A stretch of 64,000 nucleotides of DNA, from assembly GCA_030837225.1 (NCBI GenBank), contig JAUPKX010000007.1, positions 606 through 64,605 on the forward strand, read 5' to 3'. The position numbers and the translations under genes were made by a program. Under the pieces are notes generated by a model. That model did no database searches. It saw only the letters and a list, made by a program, of their open reading frames with translations, and was not told the origin of the DNA. Positions 48,231 through 57,110 of the stretch are shown in pieces. Numbering within the stretch: the first letter of the stretch is position 1; each line of letters opens with the position of its first letter. Source of the DNA: Patescibacteria group bacterium. GTDB taxonomy: Bacteria > Patescibacteriota > Minisyncoccia > Phycocordibacterales > Phycocordibacteraceae.

Positions 48231-48374
48231 ACCCCTACAAGGTTGTTTCCGTTACAGGCTTATACGGTTTCTAGCTCATTCACTAGGAGAGAGGGGGAGA
48301 ATTTTGTTGAATACAAAGATGGCTTCTTTCCGATACTGGTCGGAGAAAAATTGTATGACTTCGTCGGACTATAG
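48231..48374 (+). pseudogene. decayed 3' fragment of an AstE/AspA-family paralog (homologous to C-terminus of 29515..30159)
   Basis: Translation PYKVVSVTGLYGF*LIH*ERGENFVEYKDGFFPILVGEKLYDFVGL* aligns with ...PLTLYEVYGLITEPGVYENFVECEDGFYPVLVGEESYDFIGLK of the intact gene; two in-frame stops. Confidence 0.55.
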
Positions 48375-48391
48375 GCGCGCGAAATTGATTA

Positions 48392-48418
48392 GCTGACCGT
48401 CTGGGACGATATCCGAAC
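48392..48418 (+). repeat. 27-nt repeat copy B (gctgaccgtctgggacgatatccgaac)
   Basis: Directly follows pseudogene fragment; direct repeat of copy C 671 bp away. Confidence 0.7.
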
Positions 48419-48439
48419 TGCCTGATACAGGTACATGCT

Positions 48440-49021
48440 CTAGATACTCTTCTTTCTTCTACCGAAAGAGGCGAGCGTGGCGATGGACCCGCTCTCGAAG
48501 AGGTAATAAATCGGGAAGACTAGATTGGCGAAATTCCAGACTGTTGTGGAGAAAAGACTCATCAAACTTGCGATGAAAGTCAGATACCAACCCAGGGCAT
48601 TCTCCGAACGTGGCACACGATAGGTCTTGAGAATAGTCGGGACCGCAGCCATCATATTTGCCACAACAGCTAAGAGCAGTGCTACGTTCGGATCACCCGT
48701 GAAATACCAGCCGCACATGGCAATGATTGCCAGACTGAGACAGAGGTATTCGCTTATTCCGTGTTTCCTATACCCATATCCAAACAGACAGAACACTACA
48801 ATCAGGAAAGTATTTGTCGTAGTCGCGATAAGGAGCAGCACAGACCAAGAAGCGCCCACTGAAAGCTGAGCAGCGATGGCGATGCACTGCAGTACAGTCC
48901 ACAGCGCGAAAGAAATGACATTCGGGCGCGTCGTGCCACGCACCATGCTATGTAGATACGGCACGACCGAAAGCACCTGCAGGATTCCTGCAGCGATTCC
49001 TAGCATCAGGTGCCATTCCAT
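48440..49021 (-). CDS. polytopic membrane protein, hypothetical (6-7 TM)
   Basis: 193 aa; bracketed by repeat copies B and C. Confidence 0.5.
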   Translation of the reverse strand: MEWHLMLGIAAGILQVLSVVPYLHSMVRGTTRPNVISFALWTVLQCIAIAAQLSVGASWSVLLLIATTTNTFLIVVFCLFGYGYRKHGISEYLCLSLAIIAMCGWYFTGDPNVALLLAVVANMMAAVPTILKTYRVPRSENALGWYLTFIASLMSLFSTTVWNFANLVFPIYYLFESGSIATLASFGRRKKSI

Positions 49022-49062
49022 GCATTTACTATAGCAATACAGCTACAATAGTTCCTAAAAGT

Positions 49063-49089
49063 GCTGACCGTCTGGGACGATATTCGAAC
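49063..49089 (+). repeat. 27-nt repeat copy C (gctgaccgtctgggacgatattcgaac)
   Basis: 26/27 identical to copy B; 24/27 to copy A. Confidence 0.7.
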
Positions 49090-49185
49090 AACTTTGTTTA
49101 CTTAGGCCATTTCTTGACCCAATCGAGAGTCTCATTGAAAAGCTGCTCTTCAGTTCCCTTTCTATAACTGATCATCCAAACGAGC

Positions 49186-49254
49186 TGCGGGACTAGGACT
49201 CGAACCTAGATAGCATTCTCCAGAGGAATGTGTCCTACCTTTAGACGATCCCGC
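49186..49254 (-). tRNA. tRNA-Gln(CTG)
   Basis: Acceptor GCGGGAT/(G)TCCCGC, anticodon stem CATTC/GAATG with loop CTCTGGA, T-loop TTCGAGT; compact (69 nt), no encoded CCA. Confidence 0.65.
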
Positions 49255-49258
49255 AATA

Positions 49259-49927
49259 CTACGAAGCGTAGTGTCGGAATTCTAGCAAATCAGCTAGATT
49301 TTGCACCTCTTCCTTCCTCGAGACCTGGATATCATATCGTGAGCGGTGCGGATGGAAACCGAGGCCTTGCACCAGGTTAAAGACGATTTCTAGCAGGACA
49401 GGATTCCGATTGGTGAAGAAGAGTTTATGTGTGTAGGTGGCCTCATGATGAGCCACGCATCCTTCTGCCTCGTACAGGCCCCGCAGGAAGCGGATTCGAT
49501 ATCGCTTGCTTTTCTCAATCCAAGCAGGCAGTACGTAGTTTAGATGGGCGCGTGACCCGCAAGGGATACCGAGTCTAGAGCTTATGTTTTTCTCATAGAT
49601 CGTTATGGTCACGGCATTCGTAGCTTTCACTTTCGTAACAAACGGCTCCTTACTAAAGACCCGCTCAACCATTGCAGTGTAGCGCTCGGTAAATCCTACA
49701 CTCGAAAAGTTACCCGTAATACGCAGGGATTCGCACCGAGGATGCTTCCCGATATGTCCGTCTCCGAGAATAACGCCAATAAGTTCAGCGAAGTCTCCGT
49801 TTTTCTCTATAGATTTATACTCACTCTTAATATACCCAAGCCGCTTCTGTTCATCTCTCCATGCTTTAAAATTGTCGAGCTTCTTGGCTCGCATCGTTTC
49901 GGAAATTTTCTTTGCACGCACATCCAT
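49259..49927 (-). CDS. double-motif LAGLIDADG homing endonuclease-like protein
   Basis: Motifs FAELIGVILGDGHIG and IRFLRGLYEAEGCV; AT-richer than flanks; stop codon 4 nt from 5' end of tRNA-Gln on same strand. Confidence 0.75.
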   Translation of the reverse strand: MDVRAKKISETMRAKKLDNFKAWRDEQKRLGYIKSEYKSIEKNGDFAELIGVILGDGHIGKHPRCESLRITGNFSSVGFTERYTAMVERVFSKEPFVTKVKATNAVTITIYEKNISSRLGIPCGSRAHLNYVLPAWIEKSKRYRIRFLRGLYEAEGCVAHHEATYTHKLFFTNRNPVLLEIVFNLVQGLGFHPHRSRYDIQVSRKEEVQNLADLLEFRHYAS

Positions 49928-49992
49928 CTAGAAAGTATAGCGTTCAGGGACAAAACGTCTGAGCGTTTTGCACAAAAACTACACAACTTATC

Positions 49993-50466
49993 CTACCGCC
50001 AAACTGCAAGTATTGCGGCCGTAACAACAAGGGCAACGAGCCAGAAGCCGGCTGTTATGAACCAGTACTTCCAGGGCTTGTCCTCCCAGAGCACAGAGCC
50101 GAGCGTGGCCGGCACTACGAACCCGAGCCAGCACCAGAGCGCGGTTGTGATGGCGGTATCAACGCCAAACACGTCCGTAAACTCGGTAATGTAGAACAGA
50201 ATGTGCGCGAGTACCGCTGCCATAACAAAACTCGTAAGCGCAACAAGTGCGTACGAGCGCACCATGCTTCTCTTCATTGCCTTGGTTATCTCTCCGGGCA
50301 TCTGGATGCCCGCAAGGCGCATCCACTGCTTGCCGAAGAAAGGACCGAACCAGAGGAATCCCAAAATAACCGACGCGAGCGTCGAGAGGAGCACCGCTAG
50401 ATAATTGATCTCTACTTCCATGATTCTAGGTATATAACGGGTATGTCCTAAGTATATCCCCCACAC
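49993..50466 (-). CDS. membrane protein, hypothetical
   Basis: 157 aa, four TM helices. Confidence 0.5.
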   Translation of the reverse strand: MWGIYLGHTRYIPRIMEVEINYLAVLLSTLASVILGFLWFGPFFGKQWMRLAGIQMPGEITKAMKRSMVRSYALVALTSFVMAAVLAHILFYITEFTDVFGVDTAITTALWCWLGFVVPATLGSVLWEDKPWKYWFITAGFWLVALVVTAAILAVWR

Positions 50467-50504
50467 AACCCCGTGCTATCCTAAGCAAGTACAACCGAAT
50501 ACGC

Positions 50505-50642
50505 AGTATCAAGAGCGCGGAGAGGCACCTGGACCTATGACCCGCCAGCAACCATCCCTAACAGGAAACGGTGCTCCCAGACCCGTAAGGGGACGATGCC
50601 GGATACGATCCATCTCCCTTTTTGGGAGATGCTTTCGTTTCG
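50505..50642 (+). promoter_or_regulatory. SAM-I (S-box) riboswitch with terminator expression platform, upstream of metK
   Basis: P1 AGTATC...GATAC; conserved core TCAAGAGCGCGGAGAGGCACCTGGACCTATGACCCGCCAGCAACC...GGTGCTCC; then CATCTCCC-ttttt-GGGAGATG + T-run. Confidence 0.75.
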
Positions 50643-50668
50643 TACGGCTAACCAATAACTCTTTGTAC

Positions 50669-51724
50669 ATGCTGCATCTTCTTTCCCATTACACGACCGA
50701 GAGCGTAACCGCAGGACACCCGGACAAGGTATGCGATCAAATCTCTGACGCCATACTCGATGTCTGTCTCACGGAAGACCCGAATTCACGGGTTGCGGTT
50801 GAAACCTTTGGCAGCCACGGCACGCTTATGATTGGCGGCGAGGTTACTACAAAAGCGAATATCAATTACGAGACAATCGCCCGCAAAGTATACGCAGACA
50901 TCGGCTATACCGAACCGCTCGAGGTGTTCGAGCGCGTCGTTACGCAATCAGGAGATATCGCTATGGGCGTTGATACTGGTGGCGCAGGCGACCAAGGCAT
51001 CATGTACGGCTACGCAACTGATGAGACCGAAGAATACCTCCCTAAGGGTGTGGTACTCGCGCATGCACTCGCCCGAAAACTCGAGCTACTTAGGCGTGAC
51101 GGCACACTCCCCTATCTGCGTCCGGACGGAAAGACCCAAGTAACCCTCAAGAACGGAAACGTACTAACCGCACTAACCTCAACACAGCATGCAGAAGAAG
51201 CGGATCTTGAAACCATTCGTCTCGACCTAACGGAACACCTCTTCCTGCCAGTGCTTGGAAACCTAGACGGTATTGATCTTCTAGTTAATCCAACGGGGCG
51301 CTTCGTACAGGGCGGCTTCGAGGCTGATGCAGGACTGACTGGTCGCAAGATCATGGTTGATACCTATGGCGGTCTCATGCCGCACGGTGGTGGTGCATTC
51401 TCCGGCAAGGACGCAACGAAGGTAGATCGTTCTGCTGCGTATATGTGTCGCTTTGTTGCAAAGAATCTTGTCGCGAACGGACACGCAAAGAAAGCCCTTG
51501 TGTCAGTCGCGTATGCTATTGGACGCGTAGAACCAGTAATGGTTGAGGCATTCAGCGAGGACGGGAAGGATCTTTCCGAGTTGGTAGCTAAGAACTTTGA
51601 TTTCCGTCCCCTCGCTATTCGCGAGCGTCTCGGCCTAACACGTCCCATCTTCCAGGAAACCGCAGCCTATGGACACTTCGGTGTAGCAGGACGATCTTGG
51701 GAAGAGATCGTTAGTCTTTACTAA
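50669..51724 (+). CDS. metK: S-adenosylmethionine synthetase
   Basis: ESVTAGHPDKVCDQISDA, GAGDQG, DTYGG motifs; start moved to internal ATG (MLHLL) because the track's upstream extension overlaps the riboswitch. Confidence 0.9.
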   Translation: MLHLLSHYTTESVTAGHPDKVCDQISDAILDVCLTEDPNSRVAVETFGSHGTLMIGGEVTTKANINYETIARKVYADIGYTEPLEVFERVVTQSGDIAMGVDTGGAGDQGIMYGYATDETEEYLPKGVVLAHALARKLELLRRDGTLPYLRPDGKTQVTLKNGNVLTALTSTQHAEEADLETIRLDLTEHLFLPVLGNLDGIDLLVNPTGRFVQGGFEADAGLTGRKIMVDTYGGLMPHGGGAFSGKDATKVDRSAAYMCRFVAKNLVANGHAKKALVSVAYAIGRVEPVMVEAFSEDGKDLSELVAKNFDFRPLAIRERLGLTRPIFQETAAYGHFGVAGRSWEEIVSLY

Positions 51725-51782
51725 AGAGACATGATGAAAGGGCCGGCGATTGCTCGCCGGCCCTTTTCTTTACCTAGTCAGA

Positions 51783-52160
51783 TTAAGCAGCGTCGCCCTC
51801 AGCATGAAGCGACTTCGCCAGGTCAAGGAGACGCCGTCGAGGGCGCTCGCCAAGCTGGTAATAGGCCTGGACCAGGTCGAGGGTTTCCCTACGGGAAAAT
51901 ATCTCACCGCCCTTGGTCGCATCATCCTTCCGTTCAATGGCCTCCTCGAGACCATCGTAGAAGTAGGTGACCGACACCTCAAGCGCCTTGGCTAGTTGCC
52001 ACAGTCGCGCAGCCGAAATGCGGTTCGAACCACACTCGTATTTCTGAATCTGCTGAAAGCGAATCCCTACTTTGACAGCAAGGTTTTCCTGTGTGAGGCA
52101 CATAAGCCTACGCCTAATGCGCAGACGCCTGCCGAGATGGAGGTCGATATCTGTCGGCAT
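51783..52160 (-). CDS. XRE-family HTH transcriptional regulator
   Basis: HTH_XRE: LRIRRRLMCLTQENLAVKVGIRFQQIQKYECGSNRISAARLWQLAKAL; start at MPTDIDLH. Confidence 0.65.
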   Translation of the reverse strand: MPTDIDLHLGRRLRIRRRLMCLTQENLAVKVGIRFQQIQKYECGSNRISAARLWQLAKALEVSVTYFYDGLEEAIERKDDATKGGEIFSRRETLDLVQAYYQLGERPRRRLLDLAKSLHAEGDAA

Positions 52161-52242
52161 GGATAGCCCCTTTTCCGTTGCAAGAACCGTGCAGGATTGC
52201 ACGTCTATACATATTATAACACTATCTTCCTTAAATTCAAAT

Positions 52243-53892
52243 TTAGCGCGTTTCGCTCTGTATACTCGCGGCCTTAAGGAATGCAGTGAAGAGCGGGTGT
52301 GGGGAAAGTGGACGTGCTTTCAGTTCTGGATGCGCCTGAGTACCTAGAAAGAAAGGATGGCTTTTCTTTGGGAGCTCCGCGACCTCCATAAGTACGCCGT
52401 CTGGAGACTTCCCCGAGAACACGAGGCCAGCCTCTTCGATCCTCTCGACATACGCAGGATTAATCTCATACCGGTGCCGATGTCTCTCTTCTACCTTCTC
52501 AGTGCCATAAGCCTCGCGTGCAATAGTTCCCTCCTTGAGGATCTCCTCATAGGTACCGAGCCGCATCGTGCCCCCATACTTCCCTGCAGCAATAAGTGCT
52601 TTCTGCTCAAGCATGACGTCAACAACGAGGTGCTCTGCCTTTGGATCGATCTCTGCGGTGTGTGCGCCAGTGAGTCCAAGAACATTGCGCGCAAACTCAA
52701 CAACCATAAGCTGCATGCCGTAGCACAGACCGAAGTACGGAATCTTATTCACACGTGCGAATCTGATTGCCTCGATCTTTCCTTCGATGCCTGTCTGGCC
52801 AAAACCGCCAGGAACAAGGATTCCGTCATACTTCGCGAGAACACTCGTATCGCCCCCGTTTTCAAAATTCTTAGCATTCAACCACTCAATCTCTGCCTTT
52901 ACACCAACTTCAGCTGCAGAGAACTTCAGTGCCTCAATAACGGAGAGGTATGCATCAGAGAGCACAAAGTCACCAGTATCAAAATACTTCCCTACGATGC
53001 CAATTTTTACGGTCTTCGTTGCATTCTTGATGCGACTTACAAAGCCTTCCCATTCAGAGAGATCTCCAGAGGTATCCTTCGGAAGTTTTAATGCATCGAG
53101 AAGCGCATCGCTAATAGAATCTTTCTCAAGATTAAGTGGCACATCATAGATACTCTCCACGTCAGGTGCCGAGATAATTCGATCTGGACGAACGTTGCAA
53201 GAGATAGCAAGTTTCTCTTTACGCTTCTCGTCCATACTTTGCTGAGAACGAGCGATGATGAAATCAGCTTGAACACCATAGGAGGAAAGTTCGCGAACCG
53301 CGTGCTGAGTCGGTCTGGTCTTCATCTCGCCTAAAGTGCCGGGGACCGGCAAATAAGAAACCATAACGAAGATCACATCGTCCGGATGCTTTATCTTCAT
53401 GACGCGCGCAGCATCAATAAAGAGTGCATTCTGGAAATCGCCAATGGTGCCACCAATCTCGATGACGGAAATCTTGCTGCCGTTATGTGCTGCAGCGGCC
53501 TCAATGCGCCCCAGGATTTCGTCCCGAACGTGTGGCACTGCCTCTACACATTTCCCTCCGTACTCAAGCGCACGTTCTCGGTTAATAACCGACTGGTACA
53601 CCATGCCGCTTGTCATGTAGTCTTCGGGTCCAAGATCGCGGTTAAGGAACCGCTCGTAGTTGCCCATATCTTGGTCGGTCTCGAGGCCCGAGTTTAAAAC
53701 AAACACTTCCCCATGCTCAGTCGGGTTCATAGTACCCGCGTCAACATTCAAATATGGATCAACCTTTACGAGATTAACGCGGTACCCACGTTGCTGCAGA
53801 ATAAGACCCATCGAAGATGAGGCAATGCCCTTCCCGACGCCCGACATTACCCCGCCGAGGACGAATATGTATTTGTGTCCGTCGAGTGCCAT
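52243..53892 (-). CDS. pyrG: CTP synthase
   Basis: N-terminal KYIFVLGGVMSGVGKG; glutamine amidotransferase domain with GLCYGMQ; start at MALDGHKY. Confidence 0.95.
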   Translation of the reverse strand: MALDGHKYIFVLGGVMSGVGKGIASSSMGLILQQRGYRVNLVKVDPYLNVDAGTMNPTEHGEVFVLNSGLETDQDMGNYERFLNRDLGPEDYMTSGMVYQSVINRERALEYGGKCVEAVPHVRDEILGRIEAAAAHNGSKISVIEIGGTIGDFQNALFIDAARVMKIKHPDDVIFVMVSYLPVPGTLGEMKTRPTQHAVRELSSYGVQADFIIARSQQSMDEKRKEKLAISCNVRPDRIISAPDVESIYDVPLNLEKDSISDALLDALKLPKDTSGDLSEWEGFVSRIKNATKTVKIGIVGKYFDTGDFVLSDAYLSVIEALKFSAAEVGVKAEIEWLNAKNFENGGDTSVLAKYDGILVPGGFGQTGIEGKIEAIRFARVNKIPYFGLCYGMQLMVVEFARNVLGLTGAHTAEIDPKAEHLVVDVMLEQKALIAAGKYGGTMRLGTYEEILKEGTIAREAYGTEKVEERHRHRYEINPAYVERIEEAGLVFSGKSPDGVLMEVAELPKKSHPFFLGTQAHPELKARPLSPHPLFTAFLKAASIQSETR

Positions 53893-53897
53893 ACGCC

Positions 53898-54821
53898 CTA
53901 GACCCTGAGATAGCGACGTACTGCTAACCACGACGCGAGCGCACCAACGAGAATACCGGTTCCAGCTAAGATGCCAAATATCATGGCGAAGTTAGCAAGG
54001 TAGTACGAGAAAAGATTGAAACCGCCAAGCCACGCCTCAAGCGCATTCCCTGCATACCAAGTAGCAGGATAGAAAAGTATGAGCGCAATAATAGCGGCGA
54101 CTAGTCCAGAAAGAACACCAGCAACGATGAATGGACCACGAATATACGCGTTATTCGCACCAACGAGGCGCATAACGGCAATCTCATCACGTGCGGTATA
54201 GATTGCGAGACGCACGGTTGCTAGTGCGATAATGGTCGACGCAACCGCAAACAAGATAACAATCGCGAGTCCCGCTTTCTCCGTCGCATTAATGGCCGAC
54301 GTCAGCCGATCAATAACTGCCTTGTTCTGGAAATAGTTGATGCTGTCGATAATTGGACCGCCCTCTGGAGAGATGCTTGGGTCGTCTGAAAGGAACTCAA
54401 CAATACCAGCGTACTGAGACGGGTCCTTGGCCTTTATAGAAAGAGCGGCTCCGAGCGGGTTGTTCCCAAGCTCGTCGAGTGCCTGAAGCGTAAGCTGGTC
54501 ATTCTCATATCGAGTACGGAACTCTTCTAAGCGCTCCTCGCGAGAGGTGTACGAGACACTCGATACCTCTGGAAGCGTCTCGAGACGATCCTGGATGGCG
54601 ATAATGTCGCGCTCATCAGCATCGGTAACGAAGTAGACATTCACATCCACTTTGTCCTGGAGCGACGCGAGTGTGTTCGTAAGAATCGCGGAGAGGAATA
54701 TGAGTGATCCGACGATTATGAGTGTAACCGTCATGATAAGAACCGTTGCAAACGAGACCGCACCGCTACGGACGAAGTTCTTCGCTCCTCCCGTAATGAC
54801 TCGTTTGGTCGTGGTCCACAT
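53898..54821 (-). CDS. ftsX: cell division permease FtsX
   Basis: 307 aa, FtsX topology (TM, large periplasmic loop, three C-terminal TM); downstream of ftsE. Confidence 0.85.
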   Translation of the reverse strand: MWTTTKRVITGGAKNFVRSGAVSFATVLIMTVTLIIVGSLIFLSAILTNTLASLQDKVDVNVYFVTDADERDIIAIQDRLETLPEVSSVSYTSREERLEEFRTRYENDQLTLQALDELGNNPLGAALSIKAKDPSQYAGIVEFLSDDPSISPEGGPIIDSINYFQNKAVIDRLTSAINATEKAGLAIVILFAVASTIIALATVRLAIYTARDEIAVMRLVGANNAYIRGPFIVAGVLSGLVAAIIALILFYPATWYAGNALEAWLGGFNLFSYYLANFAMIFGILAGTGILVGALASWLAVRRYLRV

Positions 54822-54835
54822 AAATAAAAAATTGA

Positions 54836-55516
54836 TTAGAGAATGTACTGCCCCTGCATGTCGTCCCGAATAACCCGTCCGCGATCCATGGTGATAACGC
54901 GGCGACTCATCGCGTCAACCACACCCTTGTTATGCGTCGTAATGAGCACGGTGGTTCCGAGCTCGTTAATCTTCTTCAGGATATCCATGATCTCGTAGGT
55001 ATTCACGGGATCGAGGTTTCCGGTTGGCTCGTCCGCAACAATAACGTCCGGCTGATTGATGATGGCACGGCCAATCGCTACACGCTGCTGTTCGCCACCA
55101 GAAAGCTGGCTTGGGAAGTGGTGTGCCTTGCCACCAAGGTCAACGAGGTCAAGGATATGCGGCACATCGAGCTCAATCTCGTCCTGTGCGCGTCCCGCCG
55201 CCTCCATAGCAAACGCAATGTTTTCATATGCGGTCTTGTTTGGTATCAAACGGAAGTCCTGGAATACCATGCCGATCTTGCGACGGTAGTGATGGAGCTG
55301 ACTCTTCGGTAGCGCGTGCACGTCGGTAGACTCAAAAAAGACCGTTCCTTCAGTAGGACGGTCTTCTACAAGCAGCATCTTTAAAAGCGTGGTCTTGCCG
55401 GCACCCGAGTGCCCAACAATGGAGACGAACTCTTTCGGCGCGATAGCGATAGTCACATCTTCGAGACCGGGAGTACCGTCGCGATGGATTTTCGATACCT
55501 TGTCGAAATAGATCAT
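54836..55516 (-). CDS. ftsE: cell division ATP-binding protein FtsE
   Basis: Walker A GHSGAGKTT, signature LSGGEQQR, Walker B VIVADEPTGNLD; start at MIYFDKV. Confidence 0.9.
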   Translation of the reverse strand: MIYFDKVSKIHRDGTPGLEDVTIAIAPKEFVSIVGHSGAGKTTLLKMLLVEDRPTEGTVFFESTDVHALPKSQLHHYRRKIGMVFQDFRLIPNKTAYENIAFAMEAAGRAQDEIELDVPHILDLVDLGGKAHHFPSQLSGGEQQRVAIGRAIINQPDVIVADEPTGNLDPVNTYEIMDILKKINELGTTVLITTHNKGVVDAMSRRVITMDRGRVIRDDMQGQYIL

Positions 55517-55529
55517 ATAACGAAGGCCA

Positions 55530-56396
55530 TTATACCTCAGGCGGAGCGGTAGCGTCCATGAAGCTATCCAGGTCTCCTTCAAGCACACCGTCTGGATCAT
55601 GGGATTCGTTCCCTGTTACGTGATCTTTCACTAGCTTATACGGATGAAGAACGTAGGAGCGCATCTGGCTCCCCCATTCGTTGGCCGTTGTAGTCGCAAT
55701 AGAGCGGCCCTTTGCCTCTGCGAGACGCTTATCCTCCTCTATACGGAAAAGCTTCGCCTTAACGAGCTCCATGGCTTTCTCGCGGTTCGCGAGCTGACTC
55801 CGTTCGCTTGAGATATGTGCGGAAACACCAGACGGCGTGTGCACAATGCGCACCGCGGTCTCTCGCTTATTCACGTTCTGTCCGCCAGCACCACCTGCAC
55901 GCGCAAACTGAATATCAAGATCGTCCGGTTTCAATTCAATCTCCTCGTTCCCCGCGAGCTTCGGAAGTACTTCAACGAGCGCAAATGAAGTCTGGCGCTT
56001 TGCATTTGAATTGAACGGCGAAATGCGCACTAAGCGATGCACCCCAGCTTCGTTCTTAAGACGTCCGTATGCACCCTTCCCTTGAATATCGAGCAATACG
56101 TTTCGGTACCCTCCCTGGGTGTTCTCATTCGCATGAAGCTCCCATACATTCCATCCCTTGTTCCCTGCATACCCTTCGTACATACGTCGGAGCATACGCA
56201 CAAAATCTTCAGCATCGTCCCCACCGGCTCCTGCAAGGATAGCGAGAGTTGCCGGACCTGTATCATGCCCGTCACCAGTGCCTCCGTCTTTGAGGCTCTG
56301 ATACTCCGCAATCCTTCTTTGGGCTTCTACAGGATCCTTCCAAAACTCAGGAGAGGCCATGAGAGTCTCGAGTTCCTGTATGCGCTCTTCGTTCAT
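55530..56396 (-). CDS. prfB: peptide chain release factor 2 (SPF/GGQ), compact 288-aa form
   Basis: Codon-recognition motif RISPFNS (SPF), GGQ motif [11 protein letters not shown]; N-terminal domain 1 largely missing; no CTT-TGA-C frameshift site and no upstream out-of-frame leader. Confidence 0.8.
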   Translation of the reverse strand: MNEERIQELETLMASPEFWKDPVEAQRRIAEYQSLKDGGTGDGHDTGPATLAILAGAGGDDAEDFVRMLRRMYEGYAGNKGWNVWELHANENTQGGYRNVLLDIQGKGAYGRLKNEAGVHRLVRISPFNSNAKRQTSFALVEVLPKLAGNEEIELKPDDLDIQFARAGGAGGQNVNKRETAVRIVHTPSGVSAHISSERSQLANREKAMELVKAKLFRIEEDKRLAEAKGRSIATTTANEWGSQMRSYVLHPYKLVKDHVTGNESHDPDGVLEGDLDSFMDATAPPEV

Positions 56397-56494
56397 AGGA
56401 AGAGTGTAAACGATGCAGCAATATTTGCTATCTAATGCTTTTGTTGTAGAGTGTGAAGGAACTAGTTCCTCTAGACCTAATAAGGAGTACGACC

Positions 56495-57091
56495 GTGGAC
56501 GAAGCTACGAGGAAACGGCTCGCAGGACGCCTTATGGCCCTACGAGCGAATCCAGTCTTGAAAAAGGCTGAGCCTGCGCACAAGCGTCCGGAAAAGAAGT
56601 CCGGACCCTCGCTGAAAAGAGAACGCAAGCGCACAGAACGCACACCACACCAAAAAGCAGCAGGACTGGAATGTATACATTCCCGGACTGATCTGCGCAT
56701 GGTGCACGACGCCGCAACGTCTGCGGGCCATACCGTAGAACCGGTCATGGACAGCAAGCGTAAATTCGCGAAGTCCCGCCTTCTCATCGACGGCGAACTG
56801 TGTGAAGTGCATTACGTTACTAAGGCGACTGTGCGGAGCACCACCTTCGGACGCTCGTCTTATAGCCGTGGAAGCGTGATCGGCACTATGCCACACATAG
56901 TCCTCATGGACATCGCGGACCATGACGTGCTCAAGATCTATAAGTTCCCCTCTGAGTACCTCAAGCGCCGACTGTTCGGTGAGAAGGGCCGAGAGAAGGC
57001 CGACCTGAATATCCCGCTCGACAACGATGGCTTCTTCGGAGACTATCGTCTCGCATGGACCCTCGAACGAGCCCCGCCCCCAGAAGCATGA
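56495..57091 (+). CDS. hypothetical protein with basic N-terminal tail
   Basis: GTG start 8 nt after AAGGAG; Lys/Arg-rich segment [27 protein letters not shown] then ~120-aa globular region; terminator overlaps its stop. Confidence 0.5.
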   Translation: MDEATRKRLAGRLMALRANPVLKKAEPAHKRPEKKSGPSLKRERKRTERTPHQKAAGLECIHSRTDLRMVHDAATSAGHTVEPVMDSKRKFAKSRLLIDGELCEVHYVTKATVRSTTFGRSSYSRGSVIGTMPHIVLMDIADHDVLKIYKFPSEYLKRRLFGEKGREKADLNIPLDNDGFFGDYRLAWTLERAPPPEA

Positions 57092-57110
57092 CTTCTGGGG
57101 GCGTTGTCTT
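57077..57110 (+). terminator. terminator-like hairpin spanning stop codon of 56495..57091
   Basis: CCCCCAGAAG-catga-CTTCTGGGGG followed by cgttgtcttt. Confidence 0.45.

Noticed and set aside
29462-49089. The 27-nt repeat as a tRNA 3' fragment/att site or as a sigma70 promoter
   Set aside because: Reverse complement GTTCGAATATCGTCCCAGAC has a TTCGAAT-like stretch but no flanking T-stem/acceptor pairing. The spacing between TGACC and GATATT is 9 nt, not 16-18, and its orientation relative to adjacent genes is inconsistent. Kept only as a repeat of unknown function.
50537-50668. N-terminal 44 codons of the track's metK ORF (MTRQQPSLTGNGAPRPV...)
   Set aside because: The region is the SAM-I riboswitch aptamer plus terminator; MetK homology begins at the internal ATG (MLHLLSHYTTESVTAGHPDK).
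56397-56520. Programmed +1 frameshift leader for prfB
   Set aside because: Looked for CTT TGA C and an upstream out-of-frame mini-ORF. The same-frame upstream stretch is bounded by TAG 39 codons up with no start codon, and the -1 frame is bounded by TAG/TGA 12 codons apart with no start. So no frameshift leader exists; the gene is annotated as a single ORF.
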